A DNA stretch of 64,000 nucleotides from an uncultured Chroococcidiopsis sp. (GTDB lineage Bacteria > Cyanobacteriota > Cyanobacteriia > Cyanobacteriales > Chroococcidiopsidaceae). How positions within the stretch are numbered: the first letter of the stretch is position 1; each line of letters opens with the position of its first letter. The DNA is taken from the NCBI GenBank assembly GCA_964248365.1, contig CAXTYC010000003.1, positions 32,001 to 96,000 of the forward strand. The letters are read 5' to 3'. The notes beneath the pieces are model-generated. The model ran no database searches. It was not told where the DNA came from and saw nothing but the letters and a program-made list of their open reading frames with translations. Both the position numbers and the translations under genes were made by a program. Positions 20,608-31,573 of this stretch are shown piece after piece.

Positions 20608-20776
20608 CTTAGATCTTGCATCTTTCCCATAGTCCGCCTGCTAATTAATTAGCAGGCTCACAGCCAAAGTCTTCTTAAGAAGACTACATTGGGTTGCAGT
20701 CCATTGAAATGGACTTGAGCTATTAGCCCAAAAAAGAAGTAAGGGGCGGTGATTGAAACTGGCGCAATATGTAAAT
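20608..20776. mobile_element. MITE-like element with internal palindromes (copy 1)
   Basis: Near-identical to 53551-53820; internal palindromes gcctgctaattaattagcaggc, agtcttcttaagaagact, agtccattgaaatggact; imperfect TIR cttagatcttgca / ggcgcaatatgtaa. Confidence 0.75.
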
Positions 20777-20811
20777 ATAATCAAATCCAGTTATAGCAAA
20801 TGATGTATAAC

Positions 20812-20885
20812 CTCGTAACTAGGCTCACTTCATACTAGGCTTGAGCTTAGTTACGAGCGTTACCCAACTTACGCCTGGTAACGAG
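20812..20885. repeat. REP-like double hairpin (CTCGT(A/T)AC...GT(T/A)ACGAG family)
   Basis: ctcgtaactaggctca...tgagcttagttacgag then cgttacc...ggtaacgag. Confidence 0.65.
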
Positions 20886-20902
20886 TAACCCGTCACTACA
20901 GG

Positions 20903-21559
20903 CTAAGGATTGATTTGACTCAAAATCACTTTCAAGCGATCGTAATCGTCTTTAAGTAGTACGCTCAGAGTACGTCCTGCTTTAACTAACCACTCTCTTT
21001 CTGCTTTGCGTAGCTGATAGACTTGTCGAATTGCAGCTGCTATTAAGGCTTCTATGGGCGCACCTTTCACTTCTAACAAAGTTCTTAAAAAATCTAGCTG
21101 TTCGCTGAAGAAAATAATATCTTCTGGTTGGCAACGGTAAACAGCCTGATGAATTTGAGGCGGACGAGGTGGAAGATATTGATAAATCTGGCGCCCCGCG
21201 CGTTTTGAAGCTTTTTCCGGCTCAAATCCGACAATAGCAGCTCGAAACTCGGTTTTGAGCATAGCGAAGATCTGGGGTTGTTGCTCTCGCAAGTCTTGTA
21301 AAGACAACCCTAAAGCCCTGGCTCGATGAATTGAGTCGATGGGCATGGTGGTAGCATAGTATACTACGGCGTATATTTGATTACCTGACTCTTCATCCCT
21401 GGACTTTACCCAGCTACCAAATGGGGGCATAACTGGGAAACTCAATTCATCTGGTTCTAAGCATTGAGCTAAAAATTCAGTCGTGGCGGTTTCGATCACC
21501 TCAGCTAGGTAGTCTGGGTGGCGATCGCCTGTGGCAAATTGGGGTAGGGGAAGGCGCAT
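20903..21559 (-). CDS. HAS-barrel domain protein (conserved cyanobacterial)
   Basis: AEVIET.TTEFLAQC, PPFGSWVK, P.DS.HRARALG, PP.PPQIHQAVY. Confidence 0.8.
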   Translation of the reverse strand: MRLPLPQFATGDRHPDYLAEVIETATTEFLAQCLEPDELSFPVMPPFGSWVKSRDEESGNQIYAVVYYATTMPIDSIHRARALGLSLQDLREQQPQIFAMLKTEFRAAIVGFEPEKASKRAGRQIYQYLPPRPPQIHQAVYRCQPEDIIFFSEQLDFLRTLLEVKGAPIEALIAAAIRQVYQLRKAEREWLVKAGRTLSVLLKDDYDRLKVILSQINP

Positions 21560-21562
21560 TAT

Positions 21563-21772
21563 TAGGGGCTAGGGGCTAGAGGCTGGGGGCTAGGGAGAGG
21601 GGGAACTCGATCTTCCCCTTTGGGGATAAGGGGGCAAGGGGGAGAGTGGGAGACAATTATCAATGTACAAGGGAGAGAAGCCGCAAGGCTACAATGAACA
21701 ATTATCAATGAACAAGTGGTAGTTGATAGTTGTTCATTGTTTCTCTAGCCTCTAGCCCCTAGCCTCCAGCCT
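21563..21772. repeat. Nested inverted STRR arrays
   Basis: (TAGGGGC)n ... (AATGAAC/CAATTAT) ... (GTTCATT) ... (CTAGCCT)n. Confidence 0.8.
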
Positions 21773-21773
21773 C

Positions 21774-21971
21774 CTATTTTGCTTTTTTGCCTCTGGCTGT
21801 GACTTCTACCGCTTCTAATTCTGATAGGTTAAATGTGATTAATTTGTCCCAGTTACCGCCTTCAAATAGCACAGCTGCTTTGCCATCTGTTATCCGTTGA
21901 ACTAGTCCTTGATAACCGTAGTATATATCGTTGGGGTTTTTCACTTGCACAGCAGATCCAGGCAGAATCAT
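21774..21971 (-). CDS. ndhS: NDH-1 subunit S
   Basis: [41 protein letters not shown]. Confidence 0.95.
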   Translation of the reverse strand: MILPGSAVQVKNPNDIYYGYQGLVQRITDGKAAVLFEGGNWDKLITFNLSELEAVEVTARGKKAK

Positions 21972-22104
21972 AACTTTTCCTCTTGACTACTATTAAATAA
22001 ATTTGGACTTATATTAAATTATTCCTTAACCTCTTGCCAGTACGGGCAACGCAATGCCCCTACCTATTCCCTAGTCCCTAGCCCCTAGCCCCTAGCCCCT
22101 ATCT

Positions 22105-23355
22105 TTAGCCCCTTTTCAGCCGATAATTTGCTACTGATTGTACAATGCCGATCCCAATGAAATTAGTCAACAAAGCTGATCGACCGTAACTAATCCAGGG
22201 CAAAGGAATACCTGTTACAGGTGCAAGCCCAATCGTCATGCTAATGTTAATAATCACCTGAAACACTATCATCGACAATACACCAATTGTGAGTAATGAG
22301 CCAAAGTTGTCTTTAGCACTTTGGGCGATCAATACTAAGCGTAGGCAAATTAGCCAAAAGACAAACAGCAGTAATAGGCTACCAACAAAACCCAATTCTT
22401 CACCTACAGAGGAGAAAATGAAGTCGGTATGCTGTTCAGGAATGAAATTGAGTTGGGTTTGTGTTCCGTGATATAATCCTCGTCCCCACAGTTCGCCTGC
22501 ACCGATGGCAATGCGAGATTGAATCAGGTGGTATCCTCCGCCAAGGGGATCTTTTTCGGGATTGAGGAATAAAACTAGGCGGTCTTTTTGATAGTCTTTG
22601 AGTAATCCCCAGAGGATATGTCCTAATTCTCCTGCCAGGAAGTTGACAGCGATCGCCCCGATTGTTCCCAACCACTTACTCGGTAGAGTTAGCCACGCGA
22701 TCGCACCCATAGCCGCCGCCCAAGCTATCCATGCGGGTAAATACACGTTAAACAAAATTATGGAAACAATCGGAGAAACAAGCAGTACTAACCAACCTGG
22801 ATGAGCATTACCCCAGTAAAGCATTCCCAAGGTAATTGCACCAAATACTAGTGAAGTGCCTAAATCTGGCTGTAAAAATACTAACGCCCAAGGGACAGCA
22901 GTTATCAATAAGGCTCGCACCACGTTGGGAATCTTCGCTGCTGTTTTACTATGTAATAGTGCGGCTAGGGTGATAATTACTCCTAGCTTGGCAAACTCAG
23001 AGGGTTGCAGGTTAAAGCCAGCAATACTAATCCATCTTTGTGCGCCCTTGGCACTTGTACCTGTCACCATCACAGCAATCAAGGATAAATTCGTGATGGC
23101 GTAAATTATCCAGTGCCACTTAATCAGGTACTCATAACGACAACGAGAAATCAACAGTGCGATCGCCAAGCCAATACCACCAAACAGCCAGTGCTGGAAC
23201 CAGTCGGTGATTCCCTGGTTTAATTGGGTACTGCGGATCATTACTCCCCCAAACAGGGTGACACCAGCACTTAAGGCAAATAGCAACCAATCGACTTGAT
23301 GCCAGGATGCAAGTAGAGATTTCCAGCGAAAGGGGATTATTACACTTCGTAACAT
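22105..23355 (-). CDS. rodA: Rod shape-determining protein RodA (SEDS family)
   Basis: GAQRWI, QPSEFAK, QPDLGT, GYHLIQSRIAIGAG, FIPEQHTDFIFS, PVTGIPLP. Confidence 0.95.
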   Translation of the reverse strand: MLRSVIIPFRWKSLLASWHQVDWLLFALSAGVTLFGGVMIRSTQLNQGITDWFQHWLFGGIGLAIALLISRCRYEYLIKWHWIIYAITNLSLIAVMVTGTSAKGAQRWISIAGFNLQPSEFAKLGVIITLAALLHSKTAAKIPNVVRALLITAVPWALVFLQPDLGTSLVFGAITLGMLYWGNAHPGWLVLLVSPIVSIILFNVYLPAWIAWAAAMGAIAWLTLPSKWLGTIGAIAVNFLAGELGHILWGLLKDYQKDRLVLFLNPEKDPLGGGYHLIQSRIAIGAGELWGRGLYHGTQTQLNFIPEQHTDFIFSSVGEELGFVGSLLLLFVFWLICLRLVLIAQSAKDNFGSLLTIGVLSMIVFQVIINISMTIGLAPVTGIPLPWISYGRSALLTNFIGIGIVQSVANYRLKRG

Positions 23356-23360
23356 TTGAG

Positions 23361-23523
23361 AGGGGCTAGGGGCTAGGGGCTAGGGGCTAGGGAGAGTGGG
23401 AGAGTGGGAGAGGGGGAAGACTTGCGAGAGAGGGGGAAGCTTAAAGTAATTCTCACCTTGTCCCCTTGTCCCCTTGTCCCCTTGTCCTTTTTCTAGTCCC
23501 TAGCCCCCAGCCCCTAGCCCCTA
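23361..23523. repeat. Nested inverted STRR arrays
   Basis: (GGGGCTA)x4,(GGGAGAGT)n ... (CCTTGTCC)n,(CTAGCCC)n. Confidence 0.85.
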
Positions 23524-24594
23524 CTAGATTAATGCAGCAACGGAAACTTTGCCAGCGATCGCTTTGGCAACTTGGGTGAGTGCCTTAGCTGAGGCGGAAT
23601 CGGGATCGGCGACGACAATGGGAACACCGCGATCGCCTCCTTGTCGCAAGGAAATTTCTAGGGGTATGCATCCCAGCAATGGTACACCTAGTTCAGAGGC
23701 TGTCTTTTCCCCACCACCAGAACCAAAAATGTCATATTGCTTATCTGGCATATCTGGGGGAATGAAATAGCTCATGTTTTCTACTATTCCCAAGACAGGC
23801 ACTTGCATTTGTTGGAACATTCGCAAACCCTTGCGAGAATCCAATAAGGCAACATTCTGAGGTGTGGTAACAATTACTGCCCCTGCCATTGGTACTGCTT
23901 GCGTCAGGGTTAGCTGGGCATCTCCTGTTCCTGGGGGCATATCTACAATTAGATAATCTAGATCGCCCCACTGCACTTGATAGAGAAACTGGCGAATTAC
24001 CCCATTGAGCATTGGTCCGCGCCAAATTACTGGCTGGTCGCGGTCAATCAAAAAACCCATTGAAACGAGCTTAACGCCGTGATTAAAGGCTGGTTGCAGT
24101 ATTTCACCTTTCTCCCCTGGCTGGACGGTAATTTGAGCTTGTTCCAATCCCAGCATGGTGGGGGCGTTGGGACCATAGATATCCGCATCTAATAGCCCAA
24201 CCTTCGCCCCTGAAGAAGCCAAGGCAACAGCAACATTTACGGCTACTGTACTTTTACCCACACCGCCTTTGCCACTGGATATTGCCAAGATATTTTTAAC
24301 ACCTGAAATTCCTGTGCGATCGGGTAAGCCTTTTTGTTGGGGTGTTTCGGCTGTTACATCTACCGATACATCTGTTACACCTGGTAACTGCTTAACAGCT
24401 TTTTGACAGTCTTGAACAATAAATTCCCGTAACGGACAAGCTGGGGTTGTCAGCACCAAGGTGAAGCTGACGAAGCCGTCGTCAATTTTGACATTGCGAA
24501 TCATGTTCAGTTCTACCAGACTCTTGCGAAGTTCTGGGTCTTGCACTGGGCGCAACACTTCTAATACAGAACTGGTATTAAGGATGTCAGACAT
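23524..24594 (-). CDS. mrp: Mrp/NBP35 (ApbC) Fe-S cluster carrier ATPase
   Basis: N-terminal DUF59 (TTPACPL), SGKGGVGKST, DADIYGP, WRGPM, DMPPGTGD, GIVENMSYF. Confidence 0.95.
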   Translation of the reverse strand: MSDILNTSSVLEVLRPVQDPELRKSLVELNMIRNVKIDDGFVSFTLVLTTPACPLREFIVQDCQKAVKQLPGVTDVSVDVTAETPQQKGLPDRTGISGVKNILAISSGKGGVGKSTVAVNVAVALASSGAKVGLLDADIYGPNAPTMLGLEQAQITVQPGEKGEILQPAFNHGVKLVSMGFLIDRDQPVIWRGPMLNGVIRQFLYQVQWGDLDYLIVDMPPGTGDAQLTLTQAVPMAGAVIVTTPQNVALLDSRKGLRMFQQMQVPVLGIVENMSYFIPPDMPDKQYDIFGSGGGEKTASELGVPLLGCIPLEISLRQGGDRGVPIVVADPDSASAKALTQVAKAIAGKVSVAALI

Positions 24595-25253
24595 GGCATT
24601 CTTCACTCTTGAGCGGGGCAACTAAGGACGCTGGAATTTCTATCTAATTGCATCTTAGCGGTCAAGCGCTTCTTGTCGGTTGTGTTGCAAAAATCTCTGT
24701 TGAGTTAGTAACCTATCTCAACACAGTTAATCACTTTGGCGACCCTCAATTTAAAATCTGAGTTCCAGTGATGTCATAAATCCTCTAAGAGGACAGTTCC
24801 AGATCTATGCGATCAGGTAAACATTAAATTTCTTGTAATACTCTTGTGGTGCAGGCAAGATGCCTGCACAGGGGTGAATGTATAAACTTTTGCCAGAAGT
24901 CTATTTATTATACTACGGTTAATCAATAGGATAATGGTACTTTAATACCTTGTACTTATGGTCTAGTTATGGCATACTCACTCTTATCAATATTAATTAC
25001 GGTATTCCTACCGGATTAATGTAGTTTATAGGTATCCGGCTGTTATCTGCACAACCATGATAGACAGGCAAGCCGTGCTGAACACTTTAAGCGTTGATTT
25101 TCGGGAACGTTTGAAAGTCAAAAAGGTTTAAATTGTACCATAAACTAGCAAAAATTGAATACTACTGACTCGATAATTGAAAATTTTCTCGGAGGAGCAG
25201 GTATTTAGCCAAAATTGCCCCCGACAAGACAAACGCCCTCACACTTTTAGATT

Positions 25254-25841
25254 ATGACCATTTTTCCTGTTTTACCCAATCGATTTGCACAGCAAACAGT
25301 ATCTAAATTTGCTCGCCGCGAGTTTTTACCGACGAGGGATGCTCTGTGGCAAATTGAAACTGGCGTGGTTCGCACCCAAACTATTTTAGAGGACGGAAAC
25401 TCGATCACTTTAGGATTATGGGGAGCGGGGGATGTTGTCGGTAAAGTTTTATGCAACGCTAACCCTTTTCAAATTGAATGTATTACGACCTGCGAGGCAA
25501 CTTTAATACCTGCACACAGATGGCACGAATTGACCCAGGCGATGATTTTGCATATTCAGCGATCGGTAGAGTTAATGGAGATTGTGCATTACCGACAGGC
25601 TGAAACCTCTGTCTTGAAGTTGTTTGCTTGGTTAGCCAAAAGGTTTGGTCAAGAAGTAGACCAAGGACGACTGATTGATCTACGCTTAACTCATCAAGAC
25701 ATTGCAGATTTGCTTGGATTAACTCGCGTGACAGTATCACGGATAATCGGCAACCTGGAAAAGCAAGGAATGATTCAGCGCCAACAACGTTATTTCATCG
25801 TTTCCCACGATCAACCCCCCTTCTGGCATTATGAAATTTAG
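25254..25841 (+). CDS. Crp/Fnr-family transcriptional regulator (CysR-like)
   Basis: LWQIETGVVRT.T..EDG...TLGLWG.GD.VG; HTH LTHQDIADLLGLTRVTVSR. Confidence 0.88.
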   Translation: MTIFPVLPNRFAQQTVSKFARREFLPTRDALWQIETGVVRTQTILEDGNSITLGLWGAGDVVGKVLCNANPFQIECITTCEATLIPAHRWHELTQAMILHIQRSVELMEIVHYRQAETSVLKLFAWLAKRFGQEVDQGRLIDLRLTHQDIADLLGLTRVTVSRIIGNLEKQGMIQRQQRYFIVSHDQPPFWHYEI

Positions 25842-25991
25842 GGGCTAGGGGAAAGAGGAGGGGGAGAGGGGGAGAGTGGGAGAGGGGGAGAATCATTAAT
25901 TCCGTATTCACAACTCCTGACTTCTCAACTGCTGACTCCTGACTCCTGACTACTGACTCCTGACTTCCTTACGAATTACGAATTAATTATC

Positions 25992-27368
25992 ATGTCTACA
26001 AAAGAAACTAGTCATCAAAATCATGCTTGTTGCAGCCCTGGCTATGCAACGCCAGCAGATGCGATGCAAGCAGAAAAAGAAAAGTTACTTTACGCGATCG
26101 CTCTCTACACAGGTACAGGAATTGAACAGCCAGATTACCTAGCAACCGTAGATGTCGATCCCAACTCCCCGACTTACTCGCAGGTAATTCACCGTCTACC
26201 TATGCCCTATATTGGGGATGAATTACATCATTTTGGCTGGAATGCTTGTAGTTCTTGTCATGGCGATGCAAGTAAATCCCGACGCTTCTGTGTAATTCCA
26301 GGTCAACGGTCTAGCCGAATTTATATTGTCGATACCCAAGAAGAGAAAGCGCCTAAAATCCACAAAGTCATCGAACCAGAAGAAATCAAAGCAAAGACAC
26401 ACCTTAGCGCACCTCATACCGTACACTGTCTGGCAGATGGTCATATAATGATTTCCATGCTGGGTGACAGTGAAGGTAATGCCCCTGGTGGATTCTTGTT
26501 ACTCGATGAGAATTTTGATATTGTTGGTCGCTGGGAACGTCAAGCGACTGCAATGAAATTTAACTATGATTTCTGGTATCAGCCACGTCATAACGTCATG
26601 GTAAGTAGTGAGTGGGGCGCACCCAAGACTTATTATCCTGGCTTTGACCTCAAAGATGTGGCAGCTGGGAATTATGGTCGTCAGTTACATTTTTGGGATT
26701 GGTCAAAACATGAAATTATTCAAAGTTTTGATTTGGGTGAGGATGGGTTAATTCCTCTGGAAGTGCGCTTTCACCACGATCCTGATAGTACTCACGGTTT
26801 TGTCGGTGCAGCACTGGGTAGTAATGTTTGGCATTGGCACAAATTTAATGATGGTTGGGAAGTTGAGAAAGTGATTGATGTGCCATCAGTGGAGGTGGAA
26901 GGCTGGCAAATCCCCGTCCCGTCGTTGATTACTGATATTCTGATTTCAATGTGCGATCGCTATATCTACTTCTCGAACTGGCTACACGGTGATATCCGCC
27001 AGTACGATATCAGCGATCCATCCCATCCTAAACTTACTGGTCAAGTTTGGTGTGGTGGCTTGTTAGGTAAAGGTGGTGAAATCCAAGGACACCCGCTTCA
27101 GGGTGGACCACAAATGTTGCAATTGAGTCTGGATGGCAAGCGCCTGTATGTAACTAATTCGCTGTTTAGTACCTGGGATAATCAATTTTACCCACAACTA
27201 GCTAAAAGCGGCTCTTATTTATTACAAATTGACTGCGATACCCAGAACGGTGGCTTGAAGATCAACCAAGACTTTTATGTTGACTTTGGTAAAGAGCCAG
27301 CCGGAGCATCACGCGCTCATGAAATGCGTTACCCAGGCGGAGATTGCACCTCTGATATTTGGATTTAA
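25992..27368 (+). CDS. Selenium-binding protein SBP56 (SELENBP1 / methanethiol oxidase family)
   Basis: [75 protein letters not shown]. Confidence 0.95.
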   Translation: MSTKETSHQNHACCSPGYATPADAMQAEKEKLLYAIALYTGTGIEQPDYLATVDVDPNSPTYSQVIHRLPMPYIGDELHHFGWNACSSCHGDASKSRRFCVIPGQRSSRIYIVDTQEEKAPKIHKVIEPEEIKAKTHLSAPHTVHCLADGHIMISMLGDSEGNAPGGFLLLDENFDIVGRWERQATAMKFNYDFWYQPRHNVMVSSEWGAPKTYYPGFDLKDVAAGNYGRQLHFWDWSKHEIIQSFDLGEDGLIPLEVRFHHDPDSTHGFVGAALGSNVWHWHKFNDGWEVEKVIDVPSVEVEGWQIPVPSLITDILISMCDRYIYFSNWLHGDIRQYDISDPSHPKLTGQVWCGGLLGKGGEIQGHPLQGGPQMLQLSLDGKRLYVTNSLFSTWDNQFYPQLAKSGSYLLQIDCDTQNGGLKINQDFYVDFGKEPAGASRAHEMRYPGGDCTSDIWI

Positions 27369-27502
27369 GAGACTTCTTGCTCCAAGTCGGGGAAAGGGTA
27401 AAGGGACTCGGGGAAAGGGAAAAGGAAATTCGCGCATTCGCGCATTGATGATTTTCCCCTTATTCCCCTGCCCCCCTGCCCCCCTGCGCTAATGATCGCC
27501 TC

Positions 27503-28027
27503 TCAAAAATCAAAACAACTGTCTTTGAGTGGTTTGTGCTTTGCTGATAAAGCAGTACTAGCTGCTTGTTCAGCTGCTTGGGCTAGTGCCTCTGCTACCC
27601 GTGCCGCATGGGGTCGAATCAGTGACCAAATTAGCGGTGATAACCAACCGTTTAATGTTACAGAGTAAGATACACAAGTACCACAAACTGTTGATTCTAC
27701 CTGATAAGTTATTCTTTCTTCCACGCCTGGAATTGCTAAAATCCGCACGCTGAGCAACTCACGAGGCAGCACACGCTCGACAAAAATGCGAATTGGAATT
27801 GGACCTAGACGGGTTACTGCCTGAAACATTAGTCCAGGTTCTGGCACTAGTCCATTGGGAACGTTGGTACTTGTTAGCAGTGGATGCCAGGAAACATCCG
27901 CCAAATTAGCTACTTTTTGCCAAAGCTCATCGACAGAGGCAGAACTAATCTGCCTATAAGTTCGCACCAAAGAACACCTCACGCGGCGACCTTTGCGGTG
28001 TATAAATTTGGATAAGCAGCTTAGCAT
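27503..28027 (-). CDS. SRPBCC (polyketide cyclase-like) family protein
   Basis: SSASVD.LW..V..LADVSWHP; START-like fold pattern. Confidence 0.8.
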   Translation of the reverse strand: MLSCLSKFIHRKGRRVRCSLVRTYRQISSASVDELWQKVANLADVSWHPLLTSTNVPNGLVPEPGLMFQAVTRLGPIPIRIFVERVLPRELLSVRILAIPGVEERITYQVESTVCGTCVSYSVTLNGWLSPLIWSLIRPHAARVAEALAQAAEQAASTALSAKHKPLKDSCFDF

Positions 28028-28424
28028 CTTCCTAATCCTCCTTTTGCCTGCCTCCGCCTGGAAAATATGACTTTGTTGGCAAACGTGGTAAGTAAATATA
28101 ATTACTTAAGACAAATTTTTTCTAGATTACTCCTCTAAAATTTAGTATCTTACCTGGCATATTCTCAACCAACCGTTAGGTCAGGTGACGATTTGAGAGA
28201 AAATAAGTTCAGTGCTGTCTAGTCTTATTTACTAAACATTGCACCCAGACTCCTCTTGGGCTAACGCAATTACTGTCTCATCGAATACTAAAAGATGTAA
28301 ATAATTATTAAATGTTACCAGTTAGTACGATCGCCACTTTTAAAGGTTGACGAACGACTGCCAAAGGGTAGAGACTTACACCAGATTATAGATCTTTTAC
28401 TTTTAACAACATTAAGTTGAGAAA

Positions 28425-29462
28425 ATGACAACTGCTTCAACTCCTCAAACAAGTTCCTCCCAGCTACCTCCAGCAGATGCCAAAGCACAAGTGAGGCAGC
28501 TGATGCAACAGTTGCAAGATAAAATTTGTCAGGAATTAGAACAAATCGATGGCGTGGGTAAGTTTCGGCAAGATGAGTGGGATAGAGTTGAAGGGGGTGG
28601 AGGGCGATCGCGCGTTATGCGTGAAGGCGCTGTATTTGAACAAGGCGGAGTCGGCTTTTCGGAAGTGTGGGGTGAGCATCTACCGCCCTCAATTTTGGCA
28701 CAACGTCCAGACGCAACCGGACATAAGTGGATGGCTACAGGCACTTCAATGGTGTTGCATCCCCGTAATCCATATATTCCAACTGTTCACCTAAATTACC
28801 GCTACTTTGAAGCAGGACCAGTTTGGTGGTTTGGTGGAGGTCTGGATCTAACTCCTTATTACCCCTTTGCTGAAGATGCAGCCCACGTACATAAGACTTT
28901 AAAGTCTGCTTGTGATGCTCATCATCCAGAGTATTACCCAGTCTTTAAACGATGGTGCGATGAATACTTTTACCTGAAGCATCGCCAGGAAACTCGTGGT
29001 GTGGGTGGGATATTCTTTGACTATCAAGATGGTCAAGGACAACTGTATCGTGGACCCGATCCAGAAGGTGCAGCAGCTGCTTATAGTAACTCTTTGGGAA
29101 CACCAGCCCCACGTAGTTGGGAAGATACATTTGCCTTTGTGCGCGATTGTGGAGATGCTTTCTTACCTGCCTACTTGCCAATTGTAGAACGGCGGCGAAA
29201 TATGGAGTATGGCGATCGCGAACGCAATTTCCAACTGTATCGTCGGGGACGATATGTGGAATTCAACTTAGTTTATGACCGAGGGACAATCTTCGGACTC
29301 CAAACCAATGGTCGCACCGAATCAATTTTGATGTCTCTACCACCCCTGGTGCGCTGGGAATACGGTTATCAGCCTGAACCCAACACCCCAGAAGCCGAGT
29401 TGTATGAAACTTTCCTCAAGCCACAAGATTGGGCGAATTGGAAGCCTACAGTGCAAAAGTAG
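28425..29462 (+). CDS. hemF: Oxygen-dependent coproporphyrinogen III oxidase
   Basis: [52 protein letters not shown]. Confidence 0.98.
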   Translation: MTTASTPQTSSSQLPPADAKAQVRQLMQQLQDKICQELEQIDGVGKFRQDEWDRVEGGGGRSRVMREGAVFEQGGVGFSEVWGEHLPPSILAQRPDATGHKWMATGTSMVLHPRNPYIPTVHLNYRYFEAGPVWWFGGGLDLTPYYPFAEDAAHVHKTLKSACDAHHPEYYPVFKRWCDEYFYLKHRQETRGVGGIFFDYQDGQGQLYRGPDPEGAAAAYSNSLGTPAPRSWEDTFAFVRDCGDAFLPAYLPIVERRRNMEYGDRERNFQLYRRGRYVEFNLVYDRGTIFGLQTNGRTESILMSLPPLVRWEYGYQPEPNTPEAELYETFLKPQDWANWKPTVQK

Positions 29463-29619
29463 GATAAATCTAGGATGAAGCAGGAAAAAGGAGAAAGGGT
29501 AAAGGGTAAAGATAGAAAAGTTAACCTTTCACCTCTAACTTTTTCTTGCCTTGCTGCAATATATCTTTCCATATTTATCTGAGTTACTATTAGCACAAGT
29601 CAAACTCACCAAACAACAT

Positions 29620-29958
29620 ATGTCTGAATCAGTGCAATACATCACGAATCAACAAGGAGAAAGAGTCGGCGTACTATTGGATTTAGACACATACCACAGG
29701 TTGGTTTCTTTGCCGTCTGATGATGAAATGTCAGGATTAAGTCTGGATGAACTGCAAGCCTTAGCAGATAGTATGCTGGCTCCTACTGCTCAAACTCAAC
29801 TGAATGAGTTGCTAGCTCGGAATGCGGATAACCAACTTTCTGCTGATGAAACGGAAGTTCTAGATCGGCTGTTGACACAGGTTGACCAACTCAACATCCT
29901 TAAAACGAGAGCTAGGTATACCCTAAATCTCCAGCGTCGCATATCGGGCGTAGCGTGA
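29620..29958 (+). CDS. Small hypothetical protein, antitoxin-like partner of the HNH gene
   Basis: VQYITNQQGERVGVLLDL N-terminus; its TGA overlaps the GTG start of the HNH gene (GTGA). Confidence 0.75.
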   Translation: MSESVQYITNQQGERVGVLLDLDTYHRLVSLPSDDEMSGLSLDELQALADSMLAPTAQTQLNELLARNADNQLSADETEVLDRLLTQVDQLNILKTRARYTLNLQRRISGVA

Positions 29959-30380
29959 GTATTTATATTCCAGTTGAGTTGCACAAGCAAATTCGTAACC
30001 GTTTTGCAAATTGCTGTGCTTACTGTCTTACAGATGAATCCTTAACTGTTACAACGTTTGAATTTGAACATATTACTCCTCGAAGGGCTGGTGGAGAGAC
30101 TGTTTTTGAAAATCTTTGCCGCTTGTCCTTCCTGCAATCGCTACAAGGCTGCTCGACAAACAGCAATCAATCCAACTACTGGGCAAGAAGTCCCGTTATT
30201 TCATCCTCATCTTCAGGCGTGGACGGAACATTTTCGTTGGAATGAGGACGCAACAGAAATTATCGGACTCACACCCACTGGTCGAGCAACTATTACTGCT
30301 TTAAAGATGAATCGTCCTCAAATAAGTCGCGTACGCCGATGTGGGGAAAAATGGGTGAACATCCCCCAAAAACTGAGTAA
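29955..30380 (+). pseudogene. HNH endonuclease, inactivated by two frameshifts
   Basis: CCAYC...FEHI.P...GG.T..ENLC in one frame, ACPSCNRYK...LFHP...W.EHF.W...GLTPTGRATI..L.MN after a shift at ~30120, and MWGKMGEHPPKTE* after a second shift at ~30338. Confidence 0.85.
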
Positions 30381-30497
30381 TGGTGTAATTCAGAATTTAG
30401 GCAATTAACTAAACTTCATATCAATCTCTTGTATTTTTGTAATGTTACTCGCCATTGGAGTTAGGGCATCCTAGATAAAAGATAGTTCAAGTATCAT

Positions 30498-30731
30498 ATG
30501 CCCTTACTCCTAGTTGCCTTACTGCTGATTGGCTTGCTAATTATTGCTTCAAAATTTAGTCGAAAACGCAAGAACATAAAAAAACTAACTTGCATAGCAG
30601 TTTTAGGTAGACCTTGGCGTGGTAAGTTGCTTAGAGATTTAGCAGCAAAAGCTAGAAGTGAGTATCCAGGTCAGTCAGAACAATGGTACTGGCGCAAGGC
30701 ACAAAGTGATTTAAAGCGTTACCGAGACTGA
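30498..30731 (+). CDS. Small membrane-anchored hypothetical protein
   Basis: N-terminal TM helix; C-terminal YPG.SEQWYW.KA..DL.R.R motif seen in small cyanobacterial proteins. Confidence 0.65.
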   Translation: MPLLLVALLLIGLLIIASKFSRKRKNIKKLTCIAVLGRPWRGKLLRDLAAKARSEYPGQSEQWYWRKAQSDLKRYRD

Positions 30732-30772
30732 TTTCCTGCTTTGGGGTTCAACGTAGTTTTCATAGCAAAGTT

Positions 30773-31360
30773 TTACCGCTTTTGAAAGCGATACGGGTCT
30801 AAAATAGCTCCCCACAAAGCTTTACCCGTAGTGGGATCAATTCCCTTGTCGTAGCTCAAAAATTCCGCTTCGGTTGCCTCAAAACCAAGCGAAACTTGTA
30901 TTGTATTTTCACCATAGTTAAAACAGCATTTTTCCCCTGGTGGCGGGGCGGCAGTAAAGTGGTAGCTGTTAGCATTCGGTTGTTGCACTTTCACCAGCAG
31001 CATACAGCCAGGTAGCAGTTCAAATTGTTCTGGGGTGAATGACTTGAGTAAAGTTGGATTTGCCCCAGCACCGCGTACAGCCGCCGGATCTTTGGGCATA
31101 TAGTACTGTACTTGTATGGATGTATCCGCGTCAGAGCGTTCCTGTAACCGCATTAGCCGAGGGCGATAAGGTTGATCGAGTTTGACTATATTAGCTTGTT
31201 CGGCAAATAGAGTAATGCTGTCTGAGGCAAATAGAGGGACTGGTTTTTGCCATAGGTGGAGGTGGACGTACCAAGCAGGATCGGCGATCGCTTGTTCTCG
31301 ATTATCAAATTCACCTGCCATATAATTAGCAAGGGCAACCAGTTGAGGCGAGAAATTCAT
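30773..31360 (-). CDS. cpcT: Phycobiliprotein lyase CpcT/CpeT family
   Basis: LA.Y.AGEFDNREQA..P..Y.H, EQA.....PYR.R, SYDKGID..TG..WGA...PYRF. Confidence 0.9.
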   Translation of the reverse strand: MNFSPQLVALANYMAGEFDNREQAIADPAWYVHLHLWQKPVPLFASDSITLFAEQANIVKLDQPYRPRLMRLQERSDADTSIQVQYYMPKDPAAVRGAGANPTLLKSFTPEQFELLPGCMLLVKVQQPNANSYHFTAAPPPGEKCCFNYGENTIQVSLGFEATEAEFLSYDKGIDPTTGKALWGAILDPYRFQKR

Positions 31361-31573
31361 AATATGAAGTTAGAAGTATAAAGTATGAAGTTAGAAGTTA
31401 GAAGTGGGAAGTGGGAAGTGACCAAGTGGGAAGTCAGGAGTCAGGAGTTGTGAAGCTGGAATTCACAAATTAATGATTCTCCCCCTCTCCCCCTCTCCCT
31501 TCTTTCGGTTGCTTGGCAAAAGACCCTTTTAAGCGAGACAATAAATTAATAAGTACTCCCGTTGTGTCTCATT

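Noticed and set aside
20538..20630. Upstream start for the WGR protein given by the ORF track
   Set aside because: The extension runs into the MITE; ATG 20537 has an SD and directly precedes the WGR domain
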